Origin: a virus
Lineage: Duplodnaviria > Heunggongvirae > Uroviricota > Caudoviricetes
Strand: one strand, 5' to 3'
Virus record (IMG/VR): IMGVR_UViG_2711768056_000001
Coordinates: 1 to 7,916 of that record
DNA length: 7,916 nucleotides
Shown here piece after piece: positions 1 to 7,421 of the stretch. The position numbers were made by a program, and so were the translations under genes. Each line of letters begins with the position of its first letter. Position 1 is the first letter of the stretch. Below the pieces are notes generated by a model, which searched no databases, was not told the origin of the DNA, and saw nothing but the letters and a program-made list of their open reading frames with translations.

Positions 1-10
1 ACCAGGATTT

Positions 11-37
11 AGCCTCGCATTTGCGGGGCTTTTTATT
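11..37 (+). terminator. Rho-independent terminator: 8-bp stem AGCCUCGC/GCGGGGCU (one G-U pair), 4-nt loop, then UUUUUAUU
   Basis: Read directly: agcctcgc-attt-gcggggct followed by a T-run. It lies 18 nt upstream of the ORF starting at 56 and is oriented for the + strand (U-tract 3' of the stem). Confidence 0.7.
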
Positions 38-55
38 GCAACAAAGGTAAAGACG

Positions 56-343
56 ATGGATGAAGAATATCGTAAAGACCTGCAACTGTGGTTTGGTCTT
101 ACGCATGCGCCGTTCTGCGTGATGCCGCGAGTATTCATGGAGGCTATGCCGCCAGAATGGCAAGAGAAGATGGCTCAGTTGCTTTTTGAGTATAGCGACA
201 CAATCAAAACGGATGTCTGCGGAGTTCACAGCTGTTTTGTTACTGCCAAAGACGGCAACAACCGCTTTATGAGGATGCCAGAAGATATTCTGAACTATCG
301 TCATCCCCGACGTGAATTCATCGAATCAGTTCTGAAGAAGTAG
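56..343 (+). CDS. Hypothetical 95-aa protein, candidate accessory (moron-like) gene upstream of the packaging genes
   Basis: ATG-initiated ORF on the same strand as the operon, sitting between two hairpins (11..37 and 352..373). Only a weak AAGG about 9 nt upstream as a ribosome-binding site. No family recognised; contains Cys21/Cys55/Cys60 and His17/His58. Confidence 0.5.
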   Translation: MDEEYRKDLQLWFGLTHAPFCVMPRVFMEAMPPEWQEKMAQLLFEYSDTIKTDVCGVHSCFVTAKDGNNRFMRMPEDILNYRHPRREFIESVLKK

Positions 344-351
344 CCATTACA

Positions 352-373
352 AAGCCCATCTACGGGTGGGCTT
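352..373 (+). other. Perfect 7-bp inverted repeat AAGCCCA(N8)TGGGCTT, 9 nt after the stop of ORF 56..343; hairpin without a clear U-tract
   Basis: Read directly; the two arms are exact reverse complements. The downstream sequence gataatg is not T-rich, so it is not a canonical intrinsic terminator. Confidence 0.4.
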
Positions 374-545
374 GATAATGAAACCGGAATTTATTCTGGG
401 AAACCAGTTACGGCAGTACAGCGAAACAACCCAAGCCAGAAAGTGGGGAAATAACACTGGCAGCCACTGAAAGATGAACCTCCTGCCTTATGGCAAAAAA
501 GATTCTTTGTGGTGGCGGACTGATGGAAAGACATCGGTTATTGCA

Positions 546-568
546 GAGACCATTCAATGAGTGGTCTC
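546..568 (+). other. Perfect 7-bp inverted repeat GAGACCA(N9)TGGTCTC in the non-coding spacer; candidate RNA hairpin or protein-binding palindrome
   Basis: Read directly; exact reverse-complement arms, no U-tract following. Confidence 0.4.
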
Positions 569-637
569 GACAATGGCTTATACCCTACACGGGATAACTT
601 AACTGATATCCCTTTTAACGGATAAACGGAGCCAACA

Positions 638-880
638 ATGGCAGAGATTATTCCCATGACTGAAGAACAGAAATTCCAGTTAGAGATTTACAAACTGGTC
701 ATGAACCAGAACGCAGCCGCAGAAGAAGCATTTCAATTCATTGGCACTGACGAGCTGAAGCTTGAGCTATTCAAAATTCACTTCCAGTCAGGTGGCGCTA
801 ATTCGGATATCACGACCCGCACTATCGAAGCGGTGCGTAAATCGAAGGAAGCGTTAGACCTGTTCACTACCGGAGCATAA
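638..880 (+). CDS. Hypothetical 80-aa protein, predicted helical, immediately upstream of terS
   Basis: ATG with a GGAG ribosome-binding site 6 nt upstream. Its stop (878..880) is 2 nt before the terS ATG, and the terS ribosome-binding site (GGAG 871..874) lies inside its 3' end, suggesting coupled translation. Small conserved ORFs occur at this position in P22-like phages (from memory, unverified). Confidence 0.6.
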   Translation: MAEIIPMTEEQKFQLEIYKLVMNQNAAAEEAFQFIGTDELKLELFKIHFQSGGANSDITTRTIEAVRKSKEALDLFTTGA

Positions 881-882
881 AC

Positions 883-1323
883 ATGGCGCGCCCAACGAAG
901 TATCAAGAGGCGTATGCCGAACAGGCACGCAAACTGTGCTTGCTGGGCTATACAGACGCCGAACTTGCTGATTTCTTTGAAGTCAGTGAGTCAACTATTA
1001 ACAAGTGGAAGCTTGATTATCCTAAGTTTTCGGAGTCCATAAAAAAGGGTAAGGCCGTCGCTGATGCAGAAGTTAGTGATCGTCTTTATCAACGCGCTAT
1101 GGGCTTCGTGTCTCCAGACATCGATATTCGTGTTATTGAAAACAGGATTGTCGAAACTCCGCTTGAGAAGTATTACCCGCCTGATACAACAGCTGCCATC
1201 TTCTGGCTTAAGAACCGACAGAAGGATAAATGGCGCGACAAGGTTGATCACGAGCTAACAGGCAAAGACGGCGGCGCAATCCAGATTGAAACATCACCGA
1301 TGAGTACTCTATTCGGAAAATGA
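883..1323 (+). CDS. terS: Terminase small subunit (146 aa) with N-terminal helix-turn-helix-like DNA-binding segment
   Basis: Sits directly upstream of the large terminase, with its stop overlapping that gene's start (ATGA at 1320..1323). The N-terminal segment GYTDAELADFFEVSESTINKWK resembles helix-turn-helix motifs of phage small terminases; size is typical. Confidence 0.8.
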   Translation: MARPTKYQEAYAEQARKLCLLGYTDAELADFFEVSESTINKWKLDYPKFSESIKKGKAVADAEVSDRLYQRAMGFVSPDIDIRVIENRIVETPLEKYYPPDTTAAIFWLKNRQKDKWRDKVDHELTGKDGGAIQIETSPMSTLFGK

Positions 1324-2735
1324 CCTCGATTAATCCTATCTTTGAACCGTTCATTGAGGCGCATCGCTACAAAGTCGCCAAAGGCGGTCGAGGTAGCGGT
1401 AAGTCATGGGCAATTGCGAGGCTGCTTGTTGAAGCGGCGCGTCGTCAGCCAGTGCGTATTCTCTGCGCTCGTGAACTGCAAAACAGTATCAGCGATTCGG
1501 TAATCCGGTTGCTTGAAGACACCATAGAGCGGGAAGGGTATTCGGCTGAGTTTGAAATTCAGCGTTCAATGATTCGTCATCTCGGAACGAATGCTGAGTT
1601 CATGTTCTACGGCATCAAAAACAACCCGACGAAGATTAAATCGCTCGAAGGCATTGATATCTGCTGGGTGGAAGAAGCGGAAGCGGTAACGAAGGAATCA
1701 TGGGATATCCTGATACCAACCATCCGTAAGCCGTTCTCTGAAATATGGGTGAGCTTCAACCCGAAAAACATCCTCGACGATACCTATCAGCGATTCGTCG
1801 TAAACCCTCCTGATGATATTTGCCTGCTGACGGTGAACTACACCGACAACCCGCACTTTCCTGAAGTCCTCCGTCTGGAGATGGAAGAGTGCAAGCGCAG
1901 AAACCCGACACTGTATCGTCACATCTGGCTTGGTGAGCCAGTAAGCGCAAGTGATATGGCAATCATCAAACGTGAATGGCTTGAAGCCGCAACCGATGCG
2001 CACAAGAAACTCGGATGGAAAGCGAAAGGCGCTGTTGTCTCTGCGCATGACCCGTCAGATACAGGACCAGATGCTAAAGGTTATGCATCGCGTCACGGTT
2101 CGGTAGTTAAGCGCATTGCCGAAGGTCTGCTGATGGACATCAACGAGGGTGCTGACTGGGCTACTTCGCTGGCGATTGAAGACGGCGCTGACCATTACCT
2201 GTGGGATGGTGATGGTGTTGGTGCCGGGCTACGCAGACAGACAACGGAAGCGTTCTCCGGCAAGAAAATCACCGCCACGATGTTCAAGGGCAGCGAATCG
2301 CCGTTCGATGAAGATGCACCGTATCAGGCCGGAGCATGGGCTGATGAAGTCGTGCAGGGCGACAACGTTCGCACTATTGGCGATGTGTTCCGCAATAAGC
2401 GAGCGCAATTCTATTACGCGCTGGCTGACAGGCTGTATCTGACATATCGGGCGGTTGTCCACGGTGAGTATGCAGACCCCGACGACATGCTGAGTTTCGA
2501 CAAAGAAGCGATAGGCGAGAAGATGCTGGAGAAGCTGTTTGCAGAACTGACGCAGATTCAGCGCAAATTCAATAACAACGGGAAGCTGGAGCTTATGACT
2601 AAGGTCGAAATGAAGCAAAAGCTCGGGATCCCATCTCCTAACCTGGCTGATGCGTTGATGATGTGTATGCATTGCCCGGAGTCGGCTGCGCAACCCGACT
2701 ATTCCAGTTACTCAATTCCTTGTGGTGTAGGTTGA
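1320..2735 (+). CDS. terL: Terminase large subunit (471 aa), ATPase plus nuclease; resembles the PBSX/Sf6-type (Terminase_3-like) family
   Basis: Walker A GGRGSGKS at residues 22-29 (nt 1383..1406). Walker B-like hydrophobic stretch ending in acidic residues (IDICWVEEAE). Acidic residues in the C-terminal half fit an RNase H-like nuclease. Positioned between terS and portal. Confidence 0.95.
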   Translation: MTSINPIFEPFIEAHRYKVAKGGRGSGKSWAIARLLVEAARRQPVRILCARELQNSISDSVIRLLEDTIEREGYSAEFEIQRSMIRHLGTNAEFMFYGIKNNPTKIKSLEGIDICWVEEAEAVTKESWDILIPTIRKPFSEIWVSFNPKNILDDTYQRFVVNPPDDICLLTVNYTDNPHFPEVLRLEMEECKRRNPTLYRHIWLGEPVSASDMAIIKREWLEAATDAHKKLGWKAKGAVVSAHDPSDTGPDAKGYASRHGSVVKRIAEGLLMDINEGADWATSLAIEDGADHYLWDGDGVGAGLRRQTTEAFSGKKITATMFKGSESPFDEDAPYQAGAWADEVVQGDNVRTIGDVFRNKRAQFYYALADRLYLTYRAVVHGEYADPDDMLSFDKEAIGEKMLEKLFAELTQIQRKFNNNGKLELMTKVEMKQKLGIPSPNLADALMMCMHCPESAAQPDYSSYSIPCGVG

Positions 2736-2736
2736 T

Positions 2737-4935
2737 ATGGCAGAAAAAAAGATGACTGACTGGCATCGCAAGGTGCTGTGCAACTTTGATAATGCCTGGT
2801 CAGCAACGCAGGATATGCGTGAGCAGATTATTGAGGCTCAACGTTTCGTCAGGGTGTCCGGCGCACAGTGGGAAGGTAGCACAAACGCTGGTTACTCATT
2901 TGATGAAGGCAGGTTTGAGCATTACCCGCGATTTGAACTGAATAAGATTGCCCGTGAATGTGATCGCATCATTGGCGAGTATCGACAGAATCGCATCAGC
3001 GTTAAATTCAGGCCTAAGGATGACAAGGCATCGGAAGCGTTAGCCGAAAAAATGAACGGCAAATTCCGCGCTGACTATCAGGAAACATCCGGTGGCGAAG
3101 CGTGTGATAACGCATTTGATGATGCTGTAACGGGCGGATTCGGTTGTTTCCGCATGTGTGCCGATTACGAAGATGAAATGGATCCGAGTAATGAGCAGCG
3201 GCGCATCAGCCTTCTTCCTGTTTACGACCCGGCGACATGCGTCTTCTTCGATCAGGACAGCAAGCAATATGACCGCTCTGATGCTATGTGGGCTATGGAA
3301 ATGTTCTCCATGACGCCTAAAGCGTTCGAGGCTGAATACCCTGATTCCATCGCGGCAAGCCTTTCTCGTGATGACGCTGGCACTCAATATGACTGGTCAA
3401 CGCCAGATGCCATCTATGTTGGACGCTACTACGAAGTTCGCATAGAGAAGGTGAAGCTCACGGCGTGGCGCAACCCTGTCAGCGGAGAAACGGCAATCTA
3501 TGATGAAGAGCAAATCAAAGATATTGTCGACGAGCTAACCGATGGCGCATTCGAACTGATTGGTGAGCGGACAGTGAAGAAACGCCGCGTTTATTGCGGA
3601 CTTCTGTCTGGCGCTGAATGGCTGGAAGAACCGAAGCGTATTCCGGGCGAACATATTCCTCTCATCCCGGTATATGGGCGTCGCTCATTTGTTGATAATC
3701 AGGAGCGAATCGAAGGCCACGCAGCAAAAGCGATGGATGCACAGCGTCTTGAGAACCTGATGGTTTCCATGATTGCAGATAACGCTACTCAGGCTGGCGG
3801 TGATGGCATTCCTGTAGTTGATGTTGACATGATTCCTGGTTCTCTCGCTACTCATTGGGCGGAGCGCAACAAAAAGCGCCCGGCGTTCCTGCCGATGGTA
3901 AGTCTGAAAAACAAAAACGGAGATATTACTGCGCAGGCTCAGGTCAGCAGTTATACACCACCGACACAAATGCCTCCTGCTCTTGCCGGGCTATTGCAGT
4001 ACACCGGAACGGCTATTCAGCAAATTACAGGTGCGTCGCAGCTTGAGAACATGCCGAGCAACGTCGCCACCGATACCGTTGATAGCATTTTTAACAGGAT
4101 GGACACGCAGTCCTATATCTACATGGACAACATGGCTAAATCCATGCGTCGCGCTGGCGTTGTGTGGCTTTCTATGGCGCGTGAGGTCTATGGCAGTGAT
4201 ACGCCGATGCGTATCGTTAATGAGGACGGCAGCGATGACGTGGCGCTGATGACTGGTGAAGTGGTTGACCGTCAGACAGGGCAGGTTATCGCGCTTAATG
4301 ACCTTTCGCAGGGCAACTATGAAGTGACTGTCGATGTCGGTCAGTCGTTCGCTACTCGCCGTGATGCAACGGTTAAGTCGTTACTTTCCATGCTGGCACT
4401 TATCCCACCAGGAACGCCGAAGCACGACCTTGTATCGTCGATGATTCTCGACAATATGGACGGCGAAGGGATGGACGACCTTAAAGAATACAACCGCAAT
4501 CAGTTGCTTCTGTCTGGCGTTATCAAGCCGAGAACGCCAGAAGAGCAGCAAATGGTTGAGCAGGCGAAACAACAACAGGCCAGTCAGCCAGATCCGGCTA
4601 TGGTTGCTGCGCAAGGTCAGCTTCTTGCTGGTCAGGCTGAATTGCAGAAAGCGCAGAACGAACAGGCAGCCATTCAGGTTAAAGCATTCCAGGCACAGAC
4701 TGATGCTCAGGTTGCAGCGGCAAACGTTGTGAAAATCCTCGCATCTGCCGATAGCCAGCAAAAATCTGATATCCGTGAGGCTCTGAAACTGCTCGGACAG
4801 TTCCAGCAACAGCAAGGAGACAATGCCCGTGCTGATGCAGAGCTTGTCCTGAAAAGTCAGGCACAGGGCCATGCACAGCGCATGGACATCAGCAGGATCC
4901 TGCAAAAATCAACTCAGCAACAACCGCAGCAGTAA
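2737..4935 (+). CDS. Portal protein (732 aa), P22 gp1-like, with a long Gln/Ala-rich C-terminal helical extension
   Basis: Starts 1 nt after the terL stop. Size matches the P22 portal (about 725 aa). Recognisable similarity to P22 gp1 motifs (GEHIPLIPVYG core; C-terminal PEEQQ...DPAMV.AQG.LL.GQAEL.KAQN ... ARA.AEL.LK ... QRMDI..ILQ). Confidence 0.93.
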   Translation: MAEKKMTDWHRKVLCNFDNAWSATQDMREQIIEAQRFVRVSGAQWEGSTNAGYSFDEGRFEHYPRFELNKIARECDRIIGEYRQNRISVKFRPKDDKASEALAEKMNGKFRADYQETSGGEACDNAFDDAVTGGFGCFRMCADYEDEMDPSNEQRRISLLPVYDPATCVFFDQDSKQYDRSDAMWAMEMFSMTPKAFEAEYPDSIAASLSRDDAGTQYDWSTPDAIYVGRYYEVRIEKVKLTAWRNPVSGETAIYDEEQIKDIVDELTDGAFELIGERTVKKRRVYCGLLSGAEWLEEPKRIPGEHIPLIPVYGRRSFVDNQERIEGHAAKAMDAQRLENLMVSMIADNATQAGGDGIPVVDVDMIPGSLATHWAERNKKRPAFLPMVSLKNKNGDITAQAQVSSYTPPTQMPPALAGLLQYTGTAIQQITGASQLENMPSNVATDTVDSIFNRMDTQSYIYMDNMAKSMRRAGVVWLSMAREVYGSDTPMRIVNEDGSDDVALMTGEVVDRQTGQVIALNDLSQGNYEVTVDVGQSFATRRDATVKSLLSMLALIPPGTPKHDLVSSMILDNMDGEGMDDLKEYNRNQLLLSGVIKPRTPEEQQMVEQAKQQQASQPDPAMVAAQGQLLAGQAELQKAQNEQAAIQVKAFQAQTDAQVAAANVVKILASADSQQKSDIREALKLLGQFQQQQGDNARADAELVLKSQAQGHAQRMDISRILQKSTQQQPQQ

Positions 4936-5025
4936 TTAACCCATAACGTGCAATGGCTGTCTTTATGAGGCCTGGCACCCTATTGCCTTCCGATGGGCTG
5001 AACATCGAGTAAACAGGGGTAACAA

Positions 5026-5919
5026 ATGGACCAGATGGCAGAAAACACACCAGAAGTTGAAATCGAAACCGATACATCAGAGCAGATTCCTGATGATGTC
5101 GAACTGGCTGAAGAAGTCGAAACAGAAGATGGCAGTAAGTCCTCCGGCGATGATGCAGAGGAAGCTACTGAAACTGATGACGACGAATCAGAACAGGAAT
5201 TCTACTTTGGTGACGAAAAGCTGGATTCGCCAACCAGCGAAGATGGCGCAGAGCATGGACTGGTAAAACACCTGCGCAAGACGATTAAAGAGAAAGACCG
5301 TGAGCTGAAAGAGCTGATGCGTCAGTCTCAGAAACCCGTCGAGCAGCAGCCGGTAATCACTCAACCACCGCGAATGCCAAAACTGGATGATGAGGACATC
5401 GGTTTCGATGAAGAAATCTATCAGCAACGCATGGCTAAGTGGGCAGAGGATAACGGCAAGTACCAGCAACAGGAGATGGATCGCAAGCAGAAGGAGCAGG
5501 CGCTTCAGGCTGCCTATCAAGAGCGATTATCCAAATATCAGCAACGTGTTAAGGCTCTCAAGGTTCCTGGCTATCAGGAAGCAGAACAGGCCGTACTCGA
5601 GGAAATCCCCATCGAGACACAAAACGCGATCCTGTTTGAGTCAGAGAAGCCGGAAATCGTTGTTCTCGCGCTCGGTCGCAACGCTGAACTGCGCAAGCAA
5701 CTGGCAGAAGCTACCAACCCCGTAGCAATTGGTCGTCTGCTGGAACGTATCGAATCGAAGGCCAGGATCATGCCAAAAGCAAAAACCACGGCAGCCACAA
5801 CCCCGACAGTTAAGGGGAGCAACGGCGTAGTAATCAATAACCTCGACAAACTGAAAGCCAAGGCGCTGGAAACTGGTGACTGGACGCCGTATTTCGCCGC
5901 TAAAAAGGCAAAAAAATAA
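5026..5919 (+). CDS. Scaffolding protein (297 aa), P22 gp8-like
   Basis: Lies between portal and coat. Strongly acidic N-terminus, charged helical middle, and a basic C-terminus with a KLKAK motif like the coat-binding C-terminal helix-turn-helix of P22 gp8. Ribosome-binding site AGGGG 5 nt upstream. Confidence 0.85.
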   Translation: MDQMAENTPEVEIETDTSEQIPDDVELAEEVETEDGSKSSGDDAEEATETDDDESEQEFYFGDEKLDSPTSEDGAEHGLVKHLRKTIKEKDRELKELMRQSQKPVEQQPVITQPPRMPKLDDEDIGFDEEIYQQRMAKWAEDNGKYQQQEMDRKQKEQALQAAYQERLSKYQQRVKALKVPGYQEAEQAVLEEIPIETQNAILFESEKPEIVVLALGRNAELRKQLAEATNPVAIGRLLERIESKARIMPKAKTTAATTPTVKGSNGVVINNLDKLKAKALETGDWTPYFAAKKAKK

Positions 5920-5937
5920 CCTATCGGAGCATTAAGC

Positions 5938-7191
5938 ATGGCTAACCAATTAGCAAAAGACCTTGAAATCATGTTCGAAAACTACGTTGAAGGCTTTGAG
6001 GCCGCCTGCGTAGTTTCCCGTAACGCTAAAAAATTCCGTCCCAGTGATACCGCAATGCAGCGAGCAGGTGATGTTCTGTATCGTCCGCAGCATTACCACA
6101 TGAACATTGAGGAAGGCCTCGATCTCAGCAGCAAAACGCCAACAGCACTGGTTCAGCGCCTTGTTCCTTCTGTATTCAAGGAGCCGAAAAACATTCTGTA
6201 CACTCTGGATGCGCGTGAAATGCGTGACCCTGAGCATAAAACTGAAGCTGGTCGCGCCGCAGGTATGCGCCTTGCTGCACAGATTGACTCTGACCTGATT
6301 TCCATGGTCACGCAGCGTGCTACTAACGTGATCGCAATGGCTGACTCAACCACTGGTTCACAGGGCCGCGATTTGTGGAACTGTGCGGCAGGTATTGATG
6401 CCACCATGACGGCGATTGGTGTACCGCAGGGTATCAACCGTCGCTCTTTCTGGAACCCCTTCAACTACAAAGACCTTGCTGGCGAGCTTGGTCACCGTGC
6501 CTACGCTCAGGGCGCAACCCTGACAGCATACGAAAAAGCGCAGATCCCTCCGGTTGCTTCCTTTGATAGCTACAAGACCGATATTTCTGGTCGATTACCG
6601 AAAGGAAGCACTGAATCCTTGACAGTATCAGGCCAACCTGAACACAAGGTTGAAGCGAAAGATTCAAATGGTATGCCAGTTGATAACCGACAGGGGACTA
6701 TTACGGTATCTGCATCTGGCTTGCAGGTTGGTGATGCGTTCACCATTGCCGGTGTGAATTCCGTACACCAGATCACAAAAGATACCACCGGTCAACCGCA
6801 GGTATTCCGTGTTCTGGCTGTTAGCGGAACTACCGTAACAATTTCTCCAAAGATTCTCCCTGTTGAAAATACTGATGTTGCGAGTCGTCCATATGCAAAC
6901 GTCGATGCCAAACCGGCAGAATCAGCAGCAATCACCATTCTCAACAAGAACGCAGCACCTGCTAACCTCTTCTGGGCTGATGGTTCTGTTGAGCTGATGT
7001 ACGGCAAACTGGCATTCCCGACAGGTCAGGGTCCACAGGTAATGACAGCAACCACCGAGCAGGGCGCTACGCTGATCATGTCTTATGCCTTCGACCACAT
7101 CAAAGGCGTAACCACTGCTCGTTTCACCACTCTGTACGGTTGCTCTGTACTTGTTCCTGAATATACGGGCATCGTTATTGCCGGGCAGTAA
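5938..7191 (+). CDS. Major capsid (coat) protein (417 aa), P22 gp5-like
   Basis: Similarity to the P22 coat C-terminal region (F.V..V.G..V.I.PK ... YANV ... NILN ... FWAD motif pattern). Directly downstream of the scaffold gene, GGAG ribosome-binding site 8 nt upstream, and followed by a strong terminator. Confidence 0.92.
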   Translation: MANQLAKDLEIMFENYVEGFEAACVVSRNAKKFRPSDTAMQRAGDVLYRPQHYHMNIEEGLDLSSKTPTALVQRLVPSVFKEPKNILYTLDAREMRDPEHKTEAGRAAGMRLAAQIDSDLISMVTQRATNVIAMADSTTGSQGRDLWNCAAGIDATMTAIGVPQGINRRSFWNPFNYKDLAGELGHRAYAQGATLTAYEKAQIPPVASFDSYKTDISGRLPKGSTESLTVSGQPEHKVEAKDSNGMPVDNRQGTITVSASGLQVGDAFTIAGVNSVHQITKDTTGQPQVFRVLAVSGTTVTISPKILPVENTDVASRPYANVDAKPAESAAITILNKNAAPANLFWADGSVELMYGKLAFPTGQGPQVMTATTEQGATLIMSYAFDHIKGVTTARFTTLYGCSVLVPEYTGIVIAGQ

Positions 7192-7195
7192 TTTT

Positions 7196-7221
7196 GGTGG
7201 GGCTTCGGCCCCATTTTTATT
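7196..7221 (+). terminator. Rho-independent terminator just 3' of the coat gene: GGGGC-UUCG-GCCCC stem-loop (UUCG tetraloop) followed by UUUUUAUU
   Basis: Read directly: ggtggggc-ttcg-gccccatttttatt, 5 nt after the coat stop codon (7189..7191). Confidence 0.8.
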
Positions 7222-7232
7222 GGGAGAAGACA

Positions 7233-7421
7233 ATGGCACGAACAATGCTCTATAAGCCTGGCAACATGATCACCTGTGGTCAGTTTGCTGTCGATTACGT
7301 CATTGTTGATGACGAAGAAGTTAAATCTCACCTGAAAAAAGGTTGGGTAAAAACTCCTGAAGAAACCGCAACGAAGCAAAAAGTGGCTAAGGCGGAAGAA
7401 GATGGCGAAAACGAAGGGTGA
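7233..7421 (+). CDS. Hypothetical small protein (62 aa) with acidic C-terminus, between coat and gp4-like gene
   Basis: The track ORF 7194..7421 starts at a TTG inside the terminator hairpin. The in-frame ATG at 7233 has a GGGAG ribosome-binding site 6 nt upstream and is the more plausible start. P22 carries a small ORF of similar size at this position (from memory). Confidence 0.55.
   Translation: MARTMLYKPGNMITCGQFAVDYVIVDDEEVKSHLKKGWVKTPEETATKQKVAKAEEDGENEG

Noticed and set aside
378-560. Two mini-ORFs in the spacer (378..470, 30 codons; 474..560, 28 codons)
   Set aside because: No convincing ribosome-binding site for either, very short, and not in the supplied ORF track. Could be chance in a 294-bp gap. 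Not called as genes, though small peptides cannot be excluded without ribosome profiling.
344-637. Possible tRNA or small structured RNA gene in the spacer
   Set aside because: The 546..568 hairpin contains TTCAA, but the stem is 7 bp with a 9-nt loop, not a 5-bp T-arm with a 7-nt loop. I could not assemble an acceptor stem or cloverleaf. No tRNA called.
344-637. Sigma70-type promoter in the spacer (e.g. TTGATA at 370..375)
   Set aside because: No -35/-10 pair with proper 16-18 bp spacing could be assembled by eye. Late genes in this phage type are normally transcribed by read-through from an upstream antiterminated promoter.
4936-5025. Intrinsic terminator between portal and scaffold
   Set aside because: No GC-rich stem followed by a U-tract found in the 90-nt leader; only weak, imperfect complementarity.
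1064-6298. Nested + strand ORFs in alternate frames (1064..1258, 2149..2442, 3855..4046, 3983..4249, 5057..5266, 5387..5725, 6107..6298)
   Set aside because: They are fully embedded in terS, terL, portal, scaffold or coat in a different frame, with Arg/Ser/Cys-rich, low-complexity translations typical of out-of-frame reading. No independent start signals.
7194-7232. Track start of ORF 7194..7421 (N-terminal MVGLRPHFYWEKT)
   Set aside because: The codon at 7194 is TTG and lies inside the terminator hairpin following the coat gene. The in-frame ATG at 7233 with a GGGAG ribosome-binding site is the more plausible start, so the 13-codon extension is rejected.
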